A DNA stretch of 64,000 nucleotides. It comes from an uncultured Fidelibacterota bacterium. GTDB taxonomy: Bacteria; Fidelibacterota; Marinisomatia; Marinisomatales; UBA1611. The stretch is from positions 32,001 through 96,000 of the forward strand of contig CAJWHW010000002.1 in the NCBI GenBank assembly GCA_913040915.1, read 5' to 3'. The notes beneath the pieces are model-generated. The model was not told the DNA's origin and ran no database searches. It saw only the letters and a program-made list of their open reading frames with translations. Position numbers and translations under genes: made by a program. Every line of letters begins with the position of its first letter. Position 1 is the first letter of the stretch. Shown here piece by piece: positions 41,872 to 51,419 of this stretch.

Positions 41872-41885
41872 TAAGGGATGAGGCT

Positions 41886-42521
41886 ATGTCAAAAAAAATA
41901 ATCTTACACTTCTTAGTAATTATTTCAGGGTTCACAACTATTTATGGAGAATGGGGAGTTTCATGTGATATATATAGTCGATATGTGTGGAGAGGTACTG
42001 ATTTTGGAAATAGCCCATCGATTCAGCCCGGTATTTCATATACTACAGGTCCCTTAACTTTGGGTGCGTGGAGTGCATGGCAATATAGCGGAAGTGGAAA
42101 TGAGAATGACTTATATGTGACTTACACAATCGGCGATTATTCATTAACCTTTACAGATTATTATTTCCCAGGACCCTCTTCTAGTGGTGATTTCACCGTA
42201 TTTGCACCAGATACAGGAGCTCACAATATAGAAATATCTCTTGGCGGTTCCTTTAGTGGGGTAGGGTTAACAGCAGCAATGTTTATTATTGAGCCAGGTT
42301 TTTATGGTGCATTCGAAGATGAAAAAGCTCCAATGTCAAAATACATTAATCTTTCTTATGGCTCTTTCATGATTGGTTTAGGAAATGGAGGCTATACATC
42401 TGATGGTGGGTTTACGGCGATTGAATTAGGGGTATCCGCGAGCAATGATAAATTTAAATGCTCATGGATTTTAAATCCTGATTCTGGTTTGGCCTTTCTT
42501 ATTATCGGTATGAGTCTATAA
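41886..42521 (+). CDS. Putative outer-membrane beta-barrel protein (TorF-like putative porin)
   Basis: Signal peptide; SRYVWRG, PSIQPG, ENDLY and TDYYFP motifs; directly upstream of amtB. Confidence 0.7.
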   Translation: MSKKIILHFLVIISGFTTIYGEWGVSCDIYSRYVWRGTDFGNSPSIQPGISYTTGPLTLGAWSAWQYSGSGNENDLYVTYTIGDYSLTFTDYYFPGPSSSGDFTVFAPDTGAHNIEISLGGSFSGVGLTAAMFIIEPGFYGAFEDEKAPMSKYINLSYGSFMIGLGNGGYTSDGGFTAIELGVSASNDKFKCSWILNPDSGLAFLIIGMSL

Positions 42522-42542
42522 AATAATATAGGAATCAAAAAA

Positions 42543-43847
42543 ATGAAAAAAATTAGAATTTTATTTATTTGTTTATTTTGCACGAATTTTTCATTATTAC
42601 TTGCTAATAGTGATCCAACAACTTCAGATGCCATATTTACTGTTAATAATACCTGGATGCTCGTTGCAACAATTTTAGTATTTATAATGCATTTAGGATT
42701 TGCAAGTTTAGAGGCAGGACTTACTCGATCAAAAAATACAGTAAACATTCTTTTTAAAAATGTTTCTATCATTGCCATTGGTATTTTGAGTTATGCTATT
42801 TGTGGATTTAACTTAATGTATCCAGGTGATTTCAATAGCTACTTTGGATTTGCCGGTTTTGGTATAAATAATCCAGTAGGTTCGGCAGGGTTGATTGATT
42901 ATGCTGGTGGAGCTTATACTTATTTCACAGATTTTATATTTCAAGCTATGTTCGCTGCAACAGCTGCAACTATTGTTTCTGGAGCTGTGGCAGAAAGAAT
43001 AAAGCTATCATCATTCCTGATATTCTCAGCTGTATATGTAGCAATAATATATCCCATAGCAGGTTCTTGGAAGTGGGGTGGAGGCTGGTTAGATCAACTT
43101 GGTTTTTATGATTTTGCAGGATCTACTTTGGTACATGGTGTTGGAGGTTGGGCTGCACTTGTAGGCGCAATTATACTAGGACCTAGAATTGGTAAATATG
43201 GGAAAAATGGAAAAATGAAACCAATTTTAGGCCATAATATGCCACTTGCAACTATTGGTGTTTTTCTTTTATGGTTTGGTTGGTATGGATTTAATGGAGG
43301 GTCAGTACTTTCTGCAGATCCTGGTGCTGTATCTTTAGTGTTTGTTACTACCACTTTAGCAGCAGCAGCGGGTGTGATTGGAGCAATGGCTACGTCTTGG
43401 TTTATAAGTCAAAAACCAGATTTATCAATGATATTAAATGGTTCATTATCTGGGTTGGTTGGTATCACAGCTGGTGCAGACGTTATCAGTCCAATGAACT
43501 CTGTATTAGTTGGTTTTATTTCGGGTATCATTGTGGTTTTATTTGTAATACAATTAGATAAATTAAAAATTGATGATCCTGTTGGCGCTATATCTGTCCA
43601 CCTTGTTTGCGGTATCTGGGGAACTCTTGCTGTCGGTATTTTTAGTCCCCTACACAGTTTATATGTTCAAGCGTTGGGTATTTTAGCATATGGATTTATC
43701 AGTCTTATTGGTTCAATTCTGATCTTTTTAGCATTGAAACATACCATTGGCCTAAGAGTCTCAGAAGATGAAGAAATTATAGGACTTGATATTGGAGAAC
43801 ATGATATGGAGTCATATGCTGGCTTTGAAATTTTCACTGTAGAATAG
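42543..43847 (+). CDS. amtB: Ammonium transporter
   Basis: FQAMFAAT, SGAVAER, DFAGSTLVH, LWFGWYGFNGGS, DDPVGAISVH. Confidence 0.97.
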   Translation: MKKIRILFICLFCTNFSLLLANSDPTTSDAIFTVNNTWMLVATILVFIMHLGFASLEAGLTRSKNTVNILFKNVSIIAIGILSYAICGFNLMYPGDFNSYFGFAGFGINNPVGSAGLIDYAGGAYTYFTDFIFQAMFAATAATIVSGAVAERIKLSSFLIFSAVYVAIIYPIAGSWKWGGGWLDQLGFYDFAGSTLVHGVGGWAALVGAIILGPRIGKYGKNGKMKPILGHNMPLATIGVFLLWFGWYGFNGGSVLSADPGAVSLVFVTTTLAAAAGVIGAMATSWFISQKPDLSMILNGSLSGLVGITAGADVISPMNSVLVGFISGIIVVLFVIQLDKLKIDDPVGAISVHLVCGIWGTLAVGIFSPLHSLYVQALGILAYGFISLIGSILIFLALKHTIGLRVSEDEEIIGLDIGEHDMESYAGFEIFTVE

Positions 43848-43859
43848 GAGAATTTATTA

Positions 43860-44204
43860 ATGAAACTAATTATTGCAATTATTCAGCCGGAAGAATTACC
43901 GGCAATTAAAGAAGAACTTCTCAAAAGGAAAATTTACAAGTTTACCATTTCCAATGTTAGAGGTCAGGGAAAAGAAATTCCGGTAAAGGAGGTCTATCGA
44001 GGCATATCTCATGAAATTAGTCTATTAAAAAAAGTTAGGCTTGAGATTGCAGTCAATGATGATTTTGTAGAAGCTGCTATAGAAGCTATTACTACAGTAG
44101 CCAAAAAGGATAAGGATAAAGGCCGAGGTAAGATATTTATTCTTGCTATTGAAGAGTGTATCCGTATACGAACTGGTGAAAAAGGTAAGGAAGCAATTGG
44201 GTGA
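43860..44204 (+). CDS. glnK: P-II family nitrogen regulator (GlnK-like)
   Basis: YRG T-loop, K58, GKIF and IRIRTGE motifs; adjacent to amtB. Confidence 0.9.
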   Translation: MKLIIAIIQPEELPAIKEELLKRKIYKFTISNVRGQGKEIPVKEVYRGISHEISLLKKVRLEIAVNDDFVEAAIEAITTVAKKDKDKGRGKIFILAIEECIRIRTGEKGKEAIG

Positions 44205-44488
44205 AAATTAATTATGGATAATCTATATTATTTTTCGTAAACCAGAGTTGGCAAGTAAATCTCATCAAAAATTTATTTCTTCACCCAGAGATTTGTCAAT
44301 TTACTAATCAGATTTGATCGCGGTTCCCAAACTTTAATAATATTTAATATAAATTGTGATTTAATTCTTGTAAATAAACACTGGTAACTATATTAAATTA
44401 CTAAATATATATTATTATATTGAACAAATACTTAATATTACTATATAATTAACAATATTATTTTAATAATTTAAATAAAGAATAGAAA

Positions 44489-45508
44489 ATTAATATTCCT
44501 ATAAATATAGCACTTTTTGGATTTGGTCGTATTGGAAGAAATCTATTCCGATTAGCAAGTAAAGATCCCCGTTTTAACATAGTTGCTATTAGCGAACACA
44601 GTCATGTGGAAGCATTGCACTACCTGTTGGTTCGTGATTCCGTGCATGGCGCACTAGATGATAATGATATCCAGTTAGATGGAGACTCCTTCATTGTTCA
44701 TGGGAAAAAAATACGTATTCTGCCAGGGAAAAAACCAGGAGAAGTTCCTTGGATTACGTTGGGCGTGGATGTCGTTGTTGATGCTACAGGTAAATATTTA
44801 AAACGTGATGAATTAAATAAACACATTAAAGCCGGAGCAAAACGTGTTATTGTTTCCCGTATGCCCGAAGATGAAATTGATCGAATTATTATTCATGGTG
44901 TAAATGAGGATACCATATCAAAATCAGATAAAATTATTTCTGCTACATCCTCTACAACCCAGGTATTAGCTCTTATGTTGAAAATTCTCAATCAGCACTA
45001 TTCTGTAAAGCGAGCAATGATGACTACCGTACATGCGTTTACATCGGATCAGCCTTTGGTGGACGCAATAGGACTGGATTTACGTAGATGCCGATCAGCA
45101 GTTAAAAATATTATTCCCAATACTACTTCTGCTCCGGAGATAGTTGAGAAATTGATGCCAGAATTCACTGGGAAAATTGATGGAATAGCATTCAATGTTC
45201 CAGTTCCAAATGGATCTTGTGTTGACTTGACTACAGAACTGGAATTGATGCCTACTGTAGATGAAATAAACCAGACATTGAAAGAAGAATCAGAAAATAC
45301 ATATAAAGGTATTATGGGCTACACAGATGATCCTATTGTTTCCTGCGATGTAATTGGCCGTGATGAGACTATGGTTTTTGATGCTCAGGCTACCATGATT
45401 AACTCAAAATCCTTATTGAAAACAATTTGCTGGTATGATAATGGTTGGGGATTCTCAAAAAGAATTTTGGATACGATCGAACTTTATGCCAAGGAAAATA
45501 TTCGCTAA
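44489..45508 (+). CDS. GAPDH-like protein lacking the catalytic Cys (pseudo-enzyme); non-canonical or mutated start
   Basis: Frame is open upstream of the track's GTG (44606) back to TAG 44483-44485 and encodes INIPINIALFGFGRIGRNLF; active-site loop is SATSSTTQVL versus SNASCTTNCL. Confidence 0.8.
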   Translation: MNIPINIALFGFGRIGRNLFRLASKDPRFNIVAISEHSHVEALHYLLVRDSVHGALDDNDIQLDGDSFIVHGKKIRILPGKKPGEVPWITLGVDVVVDATGKYLKRDELNKHIKAGAKRVIVSRMPEDEIDRIIIHGVNEDTISKSDKIISATSSTTQVLALMLKILNQHYSVKRAMMTTVHAFTSDQPLVDAIGLDLRRCRSAVKNIIPNTTSAPEIVEKLMPEFTGKIDGIAFNVPVPNGSCVDLTTELELMPTVDEINQTLKEESENTYKGIMGYTDDPIVSCDVIGRDETMVFDAQATMINSKSLLKTICWYDNGWGFSKRILDTIELYAKENIR

Positions 45509-46509
45509 TGAAAATTGCAATAAATGGATTTGGAAGAATTGGAAGGTCTGTATTCAGAGTTCTTAATAATAATAAAGAAATTGAAATCGTAGCCATCAAC
45601 GATATTTTCGATAAAGGTTCCCTCGTATATTTACTGAAATATGATACCGTCATGGGTCGGTTCCCTGGAGATGTCTCCTTAAATGGGGATCTGTTGATTA
45701 CAGCTAATCAAAGGGTAAAATTATTGGCAGAACGAATTCCTAGGCAATTACCCTGGCATGAATTAGGAGTAGATATTGTTATAGAATCTACAGGAATATT
45801 CCGGCAAAGATCCCAATTGGAGGATCACATTTCTGCTGGAGCAAAAAGGGTAATTTTAACTGTTCCTGCGAAAGATGAAATTGATTATACTGTTGTATTG
45901 GGTGTAAATGATAATGGTTTAACAAAAAATCATCGTATCGTATCCAATGCCAGTTGCACTACAAATTGTTTAGCACCTATGGCGAAAGTACTCCATGAAG
46001 CATTTGGAATTGAGTTAGGTATAATCAATACGATTCATGCATATACCAATGACCAGCGTTTGGCTGATGTTCCTCATTCAGACTGGAGAAGGAGTCGTGC
46101 TGCGGCTGAAAATGTAATTCCTACAACAACGGGTGCTGCACGTGCTGTGGGTAAAGTATTACCGGAGCTTAATGGTAAACTAGATGGAATAGCTATGCGA
46201 GTACCGGTTCCAGATGGCTCGGTCGTAGATTTCAATGTACGTTTACAACATGAAGTCACAGTTGAAACAATTAATGATGCTGTACGATCGGCTGCAGATG
46301 ATGGTCCCATTTCAAAAGTATTACAATATTCTAATTTACCAGTTGTATCAACAGACATTATTGGGAATAAGTATTCTTCCATTTTTGATGCACCATTTAC
46401 AAGGGTAATTAAGGGAAATTTTGTAAAAACACTGAATTGGTATGATAATGAATGGGGATATGCCAGCAGAGTAGTGGATCTTATAGGATTGCTAGGAAAA
46501 TTGATCTAA
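45508..46509 (+). CDS. gap: Glyceraldehyde-3-phosphate dehydrogenase, type I
   Basis: INGFGRIGR, ESTG, SNASCTTNCLAP, HAYTNDQ, TGAA, WYDNEWGY; ATG overlaps the upstream TAA (TAATG). Confidence 0.97.
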   Translation: MKIAINGFGRIGRSVFRVLNNNKEIEIVAINDIFDKGSLVYLLKYDTVMGRFPGDVSLNGDLLITANQRVKLLAERIPRQLPWHELGVDIVIESTGIFRQRSQLEDHISAGAKRVILTVPAKDEIDYTVVLGVNDNGLTKNHRIVSNASCTTNCLAPMAKVLHEAFGIELGIINTIHAYTNDQRLADVPHSDWRRSRAAAENVIPTTTGAARAVGKVLPELNGKLDGIAMRVPVPDGSVVDFNVRLQHEVTVETINDAVRSAADDGPISKVLQYSNLPVVSTDIIGNKYSSIFDAPFTRVIKGNFVKTLNWYDNEWGYASRVVDLIGLLGKLI

Positions 46510-46751
46510 TTCAAGCAAACAGCAATATAGCTTACTGGCATTTTTTAGCATTGTAGGTATATGTTTTTAACAAATAAATTTATTGCCTGCTCGTTCTATG
46601 GTTTTGTATCAGACCATATTTATTAAGGCTAGAATTCTCCTATATCATTATCAACAATTACAGTCAATTCTGTGGTATAGTTTTTTCATCAATCTTTTAA
46701 AATGACTTGTTCAAATACTTATAATACTGGAATAATAATTATATAACTAAG

Positions 46752-49520
46752 ATGTTAGTAAAGGATAAATTATTTACTTTTGCACAGCAATGCGGTATAT
46801 CGGATCAAATGCAATCTAGATCAGTATTGATATTTGAATTACTGGAAACAGTTTTTTATAGGTTAGATAACTCTAAAGAACTTGAATTTAAGACTATATT
46901 AAATTCTCTTCTATCTATAGGAGATCATACTTCTTTGAATAATTCCATATTATCAACTCTGGAAACATGGTCAAATGAAGATCTATATCAAGTATTGAAA
47001 TTTATGGGAACCTACTTTCACTTACTTAACCAAGCAGAGCTAAGTGAAATTATATCAATAAATAGAAATCGATCAAATAATGCTACATTCGATATTCCCA
47101 AAGCTGATTCTATTTTTGCTAGCATTAAAATGTTAAAACAGAAAAACATAAATTTTGATGAAGCAATGTCAATTCTTAAAAGTATTAAGATACACCCTAC
47201 ATTTACAGCCCATCCTACGGAATCTAGAAGGCAATCCTCCATAGATAAACAAAAATATATTATTAAAAAGATTAATCAAATTTTATTTGATCCAATTGGC
47301 GAAAAAGAAAAAGAAAACCTTATGAATGAGGTAAAGCGACTATGTACATTGCTTATGATGACAGATGATATCCGTTCGCACAGAATATCCATAAGAGATG
47401 AAATAAATAATACAATAAATAATACCTTAGATGCGCTTTGGAATGCGGTACCCAGACTTTCACATGATATTGCATCAGCATTTGAAATCTATTATAACAA
47501 AAAAATCACTATTCCTAATTTCATTAGATTCCATAATTGGGTAGGGGGGGATAGAGACGGCAATCCTGAAGTAACTCATGATATTACTGAATATGCAATC
47601 CAAACTCAAAAAATACATATAGCGGGGAAATATATCGATGCGTTGAATATGCTATACGATGACCTAAGCATAACAGTAAAAGACCAAACAAAGCTTATAA
47701 AGTTACAGAATTCTATTGAAGCTGATATAATCAATTTGGATATAGATGAAAAAATTCAAAAACAGCTCAAACTAGAACCATTCCGACTAAAGATATTGTG
47801 TCTGAAACAAAAATTAGAGCGTCATAAAGAAAAATTAACCATCCATTACAAAAACCCAGATTATATATCTAAAGAATTCATATCTGAACTGAAGATTATC
47901 CAATCATCTCTCAAATTATTATCAACTAAAAATAAAATTGATATTGGACCTATCAGCGATTTAATAATTCAAGCAGAAATATTTGGTTTTAACATGATGA
48001 GCTTGGATATACGTGAACATTCAGATGTACACGAAGAAGTGATCCATGAAATATTAAAAAAAATAAATTGTAAAGTGAATTATAAAGCTTTGGATGAATC
48101 CAATAAAAATGAAATTTTGATTGAAAGTATCAAATTTCAACAGGAGTTGAACCAAACATTTATAAATAACTTATCTGAAAAATCCAAAGAGACTCTCCAT
48201 ACTTTTCTAGTTATCAAAAATGAGTTATTGATTGACCCAGATTCAATATCATCATATATCGTAAGTATGACTCATGCAAAAAGTGATATTCTTGAAGTGC
48301 TTTTTTTAGCCAAACTTACAGGGGTTCTGCATTATCAAGATGGTAAAATGAACTGTGGACTCCATATTGTGCCCCTATATGAAACTATTAATGATCTTAA
48401 ATCAGCACCTAAGCAATTTGCTGAGTTATTAGATGATAACATTTATAAAAACTATATACAAAGTCAGGGTTTATTTCAAGAAATTATGCTCGGTTATTCA
48501 GATAGCAACAAGGATGGAGGTATGGGTACTGCCCAATATTCTCTGTACAAATGTCAAGAAAGACTGGCTAAAATTTGTAAAGAAAATTGTATTGATTATA
48601 GATTATTCCATGGACGTGGCGGATCAATAAGTAGAGGTGGAGGAAAATCAAATAAAGCAATAATTAGTTTACCTCCTAATTGTCATAATGGGAAAATACG
48701 GATGACAGAACAAGGTGAAGTGATTTCTTATCGGTATGGATCTTCTCGAATTGCAAAAAGGCATCTAGAACAAATTATCCATGCCCAAATGATTGGATTG
48801 GTTGGTATTATAAATGATGAAATAGAATTTGAAAATCCGCTCAACTTAGACATTTCAATTAGAGCCTATGATTCCTATAAGAAAAATATAATGAATCAAC
48901 AGTGTTGGAATTATTTTGTAAATGCAACTCCCATTAATCATATTAGTAATTTACCAATTGCTTCAAGACCTGCAGCAAGAAAAACTTTTTCAGATGAATC
49001 AACAGGGTTTTATGATTTAAGGGCAATCCCCTGGGTATTTTCTTGGACACAGTTAAGATATAATCTTACCGGTTGGTTTGGTTTAGGAACAGCATTATCC
49101 CATTTGATTGAAAAATCGTCAAAATTAAATGAATTAAAAACGTTATATAAAAAATCAAAATTTTTAAAACAACTTATGGATAATATGTCTTTTGAAATGG
49201 CTCGTTCCAGATTACACATATCAGAATTATATTCGAAGACTAAAAGTGAAAAAGCATTCCATGCTATTTTAATGAGTGAATATAAACTTTGTTTGAATGC
49301 CTATAAGGATATAAGCGACTATGAAAATTTACTAGATAGAAATCCTGTTATTTCAAATTCTATTGCATTCCGAAATCCGTTTACTGATCTATTAAACATC
49401 ATTCAAGTTATCCTGTTAAGACGTCAAATGGAAAATAAAGATCTTACAGATCATGATTTGGACAAATCAATTTTTATGTCAATCAATGCAATTGCAGCAG
49501 CAATGCAAACCACAGGTTAA
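46752..49520 (+). CDS. ppc: Phosphoenolpyruvate carboxylase
   Basis: FTAHPTE, WVGGDRDGNP, QEIMLGYSDSNKDGG, FHGRGGSISRGG, LRAIPWVF, C-terminal MQTTG. Confidence 0.96.
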   Translation: MLVKDKLFTFAQQCGISDQMQSRSVLIFELLETVFYRLDNSKELEFKTILNSLLSIGDHTSLNNSILSTLETWSNEDLYQVLKFMGTYFHLLNQAELSEIISINRNRSNNATFDIPKADSIFASIKMLKQKNINFDEAMSILKSIKIHPTFTAHPTESRRQSSIDKQKYIIKKINQILFDPIGEKEKENLMNEVKRLCTLLMMTDDIRSHRISIRDEINNTINNTLDALWNAVPRLSHDIASAFEIYYNKKITIPNFIRFHNWVGGDRDGNPEVTHDITEYAIQTQKIHIAGKYIDALNMLYDDLSITVKDQTKLIKLQNSIEADIINLDIDEKIQKQLKLEPFRLKILCLKQKLERHKEKLTIHYKNPDYISKEFISELKIIQSSLKLLSTKNKIDIGPISDLIIQAEIFGFNMMSLDIREHSDVHEEVIHEILKKINCKVNYKALDESNKNEILIESIKFQQELNQTFINNLSEKSKETLHTFLVIKNELLIDPDSISSYIVSMTHAKSDILEVLFLAKLTGVLHYQDGKMNCGLHIVPLYETINDLKSAPKQFAELLDDNIYKNYIQSQGLFQEIMLGYSDSNKDGGMGTAQYSLYKCQERLAKICKENCIDYRLFHGRGGSISRGGGKSNKAIISLPPNCHNGKIRMTEQGEVISYRYGSSRIAKRHLEQIIHAQMIGLVGIINDEIEFENPLNLDISIRAYDSYKKNIMNQQCWNYFVNATPINHISNLPIASRPAARKTFSDESTGFYDLRAIPWVFSWTQLRYNLTGWFGLGTALSHLIEKSSKLNELKTLYKKSKFLKQLMDNMSFEMARSRLHISELYSKTKSEKAFHAILMSEYKLCLNAYKDISDYENLLDRNPVISNSIAFRNPFTDLLNIIQVILLRRQMENKDLTDHDLDKSIFMSINAIAAAMQTTG

Positions 49521-49655
49521 TTCATTAAAATTATATATTGTCATTAGAGATAATTATAAAACATAAAAAAAGTCTGTATAGAGTTGATATATACATCCCT
49601 TGCTGTAAATCTTTTAGGGAAGTCTTTGGTTCAATAAATTGCTAATTTATCTTTT

Positions 49656-49689
49656 AATAAAAAAGGCGTTAAATAACGCCTTTTTTATT
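49656..49689. terminator. Bidirectional intrinsic terminator between ppc and glnII
   Basis: AATAAAAAAGGCGTT-aaat-AACGCCTTTTTTATT. Confidence 0.9.
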
Positions 49690-49702
49690 TTTTGAGATTA
49701 AT

Positions 49703-50713
49703 CTAACTACATGTGGTTTCAATTAATGCAGCACATACTTTATAGGGATCCATATTTGCAGAAGGTCTGCGATCTTCAAGATATCCATAACCATCATTAG
49801 CAGTACCCATAGGAATACGAATAGATGCTCCACGGTCACTTACACCATATCTAAATTCTTTGATAGAGCAAGTTTCATGTAATCCTGTGAGCCGTTCTTC
49901 ATTATGAGCTCCATAAATAGCTATGTGTTGATCATGCTTTTTACCTAATGCATCACAGGCGGCTTCAATTACCTTTAAACCTCCTTCTGTTCGCATGGAC
50001 TTAGTACTGAAATTGGTATGTGCACCGGCACCATTCCAATCTCCTTTAACCGGCTTGGGGTGTAATGTAGCGCTCACTCCATAATCTTCAGCAATCCGGT
50101 ACAATAGCCAGCGGGATAGCCACAACTGATCTGCAACATCAAGTGGTCCTAAAGGTCCTACTTGATATTCCCACTGCCCCGGCATGACTTCTGCATTGAT
50201 TCCAGAAATTTCTAACCCAGCATCAATACATAACTCTAAGTGATCCTCAACAATATCACGGCCATATACTTCATCTGCGCCAACTCCACAGTAAAAAGGG
50301 CCCTGTGGTGCAGGGTAACCACCTTCAGGCCAACCAAGAGGTACACGTCCCTGGAAAAAGGTATATTCCTGTTCTATACCAAACCAAGGCTCATGCTCAG
50401 CATATTTTTCAGTTACAACTCGTAAATGAGCTCGCGTATTTGATTCATGAATAGAACCATCTGCATTCATAACTTCACACATGACCAATAGATTCTCTCC
50501 TCCACGAATTGGATCCTGTATAAAGTAGACTGGTTTCAGCATACAGTCACTATCTTCTCCTGCAGCCTGCATGGTGCTTGATCCATCAAAACCCCAGTCT
50601 GGCAAATCAGAAAGAGAATTTACTTTCCCAGAAATTATTTTAGTTTTGGATCTGAGTTTCTGGGTTGGTTCATGCCCATCCATCCATATATATTCAACTT
50701 TTACTTTACTCAA
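49703..50713 (-). CDS. glnII: Glutamine synthetase type II
   Basis: 336 aa; EYIWMDG, LRSKT, WGFDGSST, PQGPFYCGVG, NAEVMPGQWEYQ, GDWNGAGAH, EDRRPSANMDPY. Confidence 0.95.
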   Translation of the reverse strand: MSKVKVEYIWMDGHEPTQKLRSKTKIISGKVNSLSDLPDWGFDGSSTMQAAGEDSDCMLKPVYFIQDPIRGGENLLVMCEVMNADGSIHESNTRAHLRVVTEKYAEHEPWFGIEQEYTFFQGRVPLGWPEGGYPAPQGPFYCGVGADEVYGRDIVEDHLELCIDAGLEISGINAEVMPGQWEYQVGPLGPLDVADQLWLSRWLLYRIAEDYGVSATLHPKPVKGDWNGAGAHTNFSTKSMRTEGGLKVIEAACDALGKKHDQHIAIYGAHNEERLTGLHETCSIKEFRYGVSDRGASIRIPMGTANDGYGYLEDRRPSANMDPYKVCAALIETTCS

Positions 50714-50746
50714 TTTTGTTTCTCCTTATTTATACTATGGTGTTGA

Positions 50747-51202
50747 TTAATTAAAAACGGGAATATTCTGTATCAATTTATATGATGATAGAATTAACTG
50801 TGTTTCTGTACGTATGACTCCGGGCCAACTTTGAATATTACGTAATAGTTCTTCAAGGCTATGGGAATTCCGAGTTACCACTAAAAGACTATGAGATCCA
50901 TTCCCTGTTGTACTGAAGCACTGAATTACTTCTGGTGTTTTTTCGACAGATTGTATGAATTTTTTGTAATGAATTGACGATTCAGATATAACAGTAATAA
51001 GGGCGGATACATCCAAATTTAGCTTTTTAGGATCCAAAACAGCATGGATACCCTGAATAATACCTGAATCCTGCAATTTTTTTATTCGTTCTGTAACAGT
51101 GGGAATTGAAATATTTAATTTATCTGCTATATGACTTGCAGCAATACGACCATCTTCCTGCAGTAATTCTAAAATTTTCCGATCTATATTATCTATTTTC
51201 AT
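50747..51202 (-). CDS. Lrp/AsnC family transcriptional regulator
   Basis: DNIDRKILELLQEDGR HTH followed by a RAM domain; likely start ATG 51202. Confidence 0.95.
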   Translation of the reverse strand: MKIDNIDRKILELLQEDGRIAASHIADKLNISIPTVTERIKKLQDSGIIQGIHAVLDPKKLNLDVSALITVISESSIHYKKFIQSVEKTPEVIQCFSTTGNGSHSLLVVTRNSHSLEELLRNIQSWPGVIRTETQLILSSYKLIQNIPVFN

Positions 51203-51260
51203 TAAGTAATTCAATTTGCCCCTTCTTAATATTATTAATATTTAGTATAAAACAATAATA

Positions 51261-51292
51261 AATATTTATTTAATATTTATTTAATATTTATT
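51261..51292. repeat. Three tandem copies of an 11-bp AT-rich unit (AATATTTATTT)
   Basis: aatatttattt aatatttattt aatatttatt, between the two Lrp genes. Confidence 0.5.
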
Positions 51293-51419
51293 ATTATTAA
51301 TGTATAAACGCAATTATATTGATAATATTTATTATAAATCTTACCAATAAATGAAAACTAGATTATTTAATTTTTTTAATACAAAAGTGTTTAAATCAAA
51401 TAAGTATTTAAAATAATAA

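Noticed and set aside
44248..44299. Imperfect inverted repeat after glnK (AAATCTC...GAGATTT)
   Set aside because: Large loop, short stem and no clear U-tract; not enough to call a terminator or sRNA.
44489..45508. Calling the first gap-like gene epd (erythrose-4-phosphate dehydrogenase)
   Set aside because: Epd retains the catalytic Cys, which this protein lacks.
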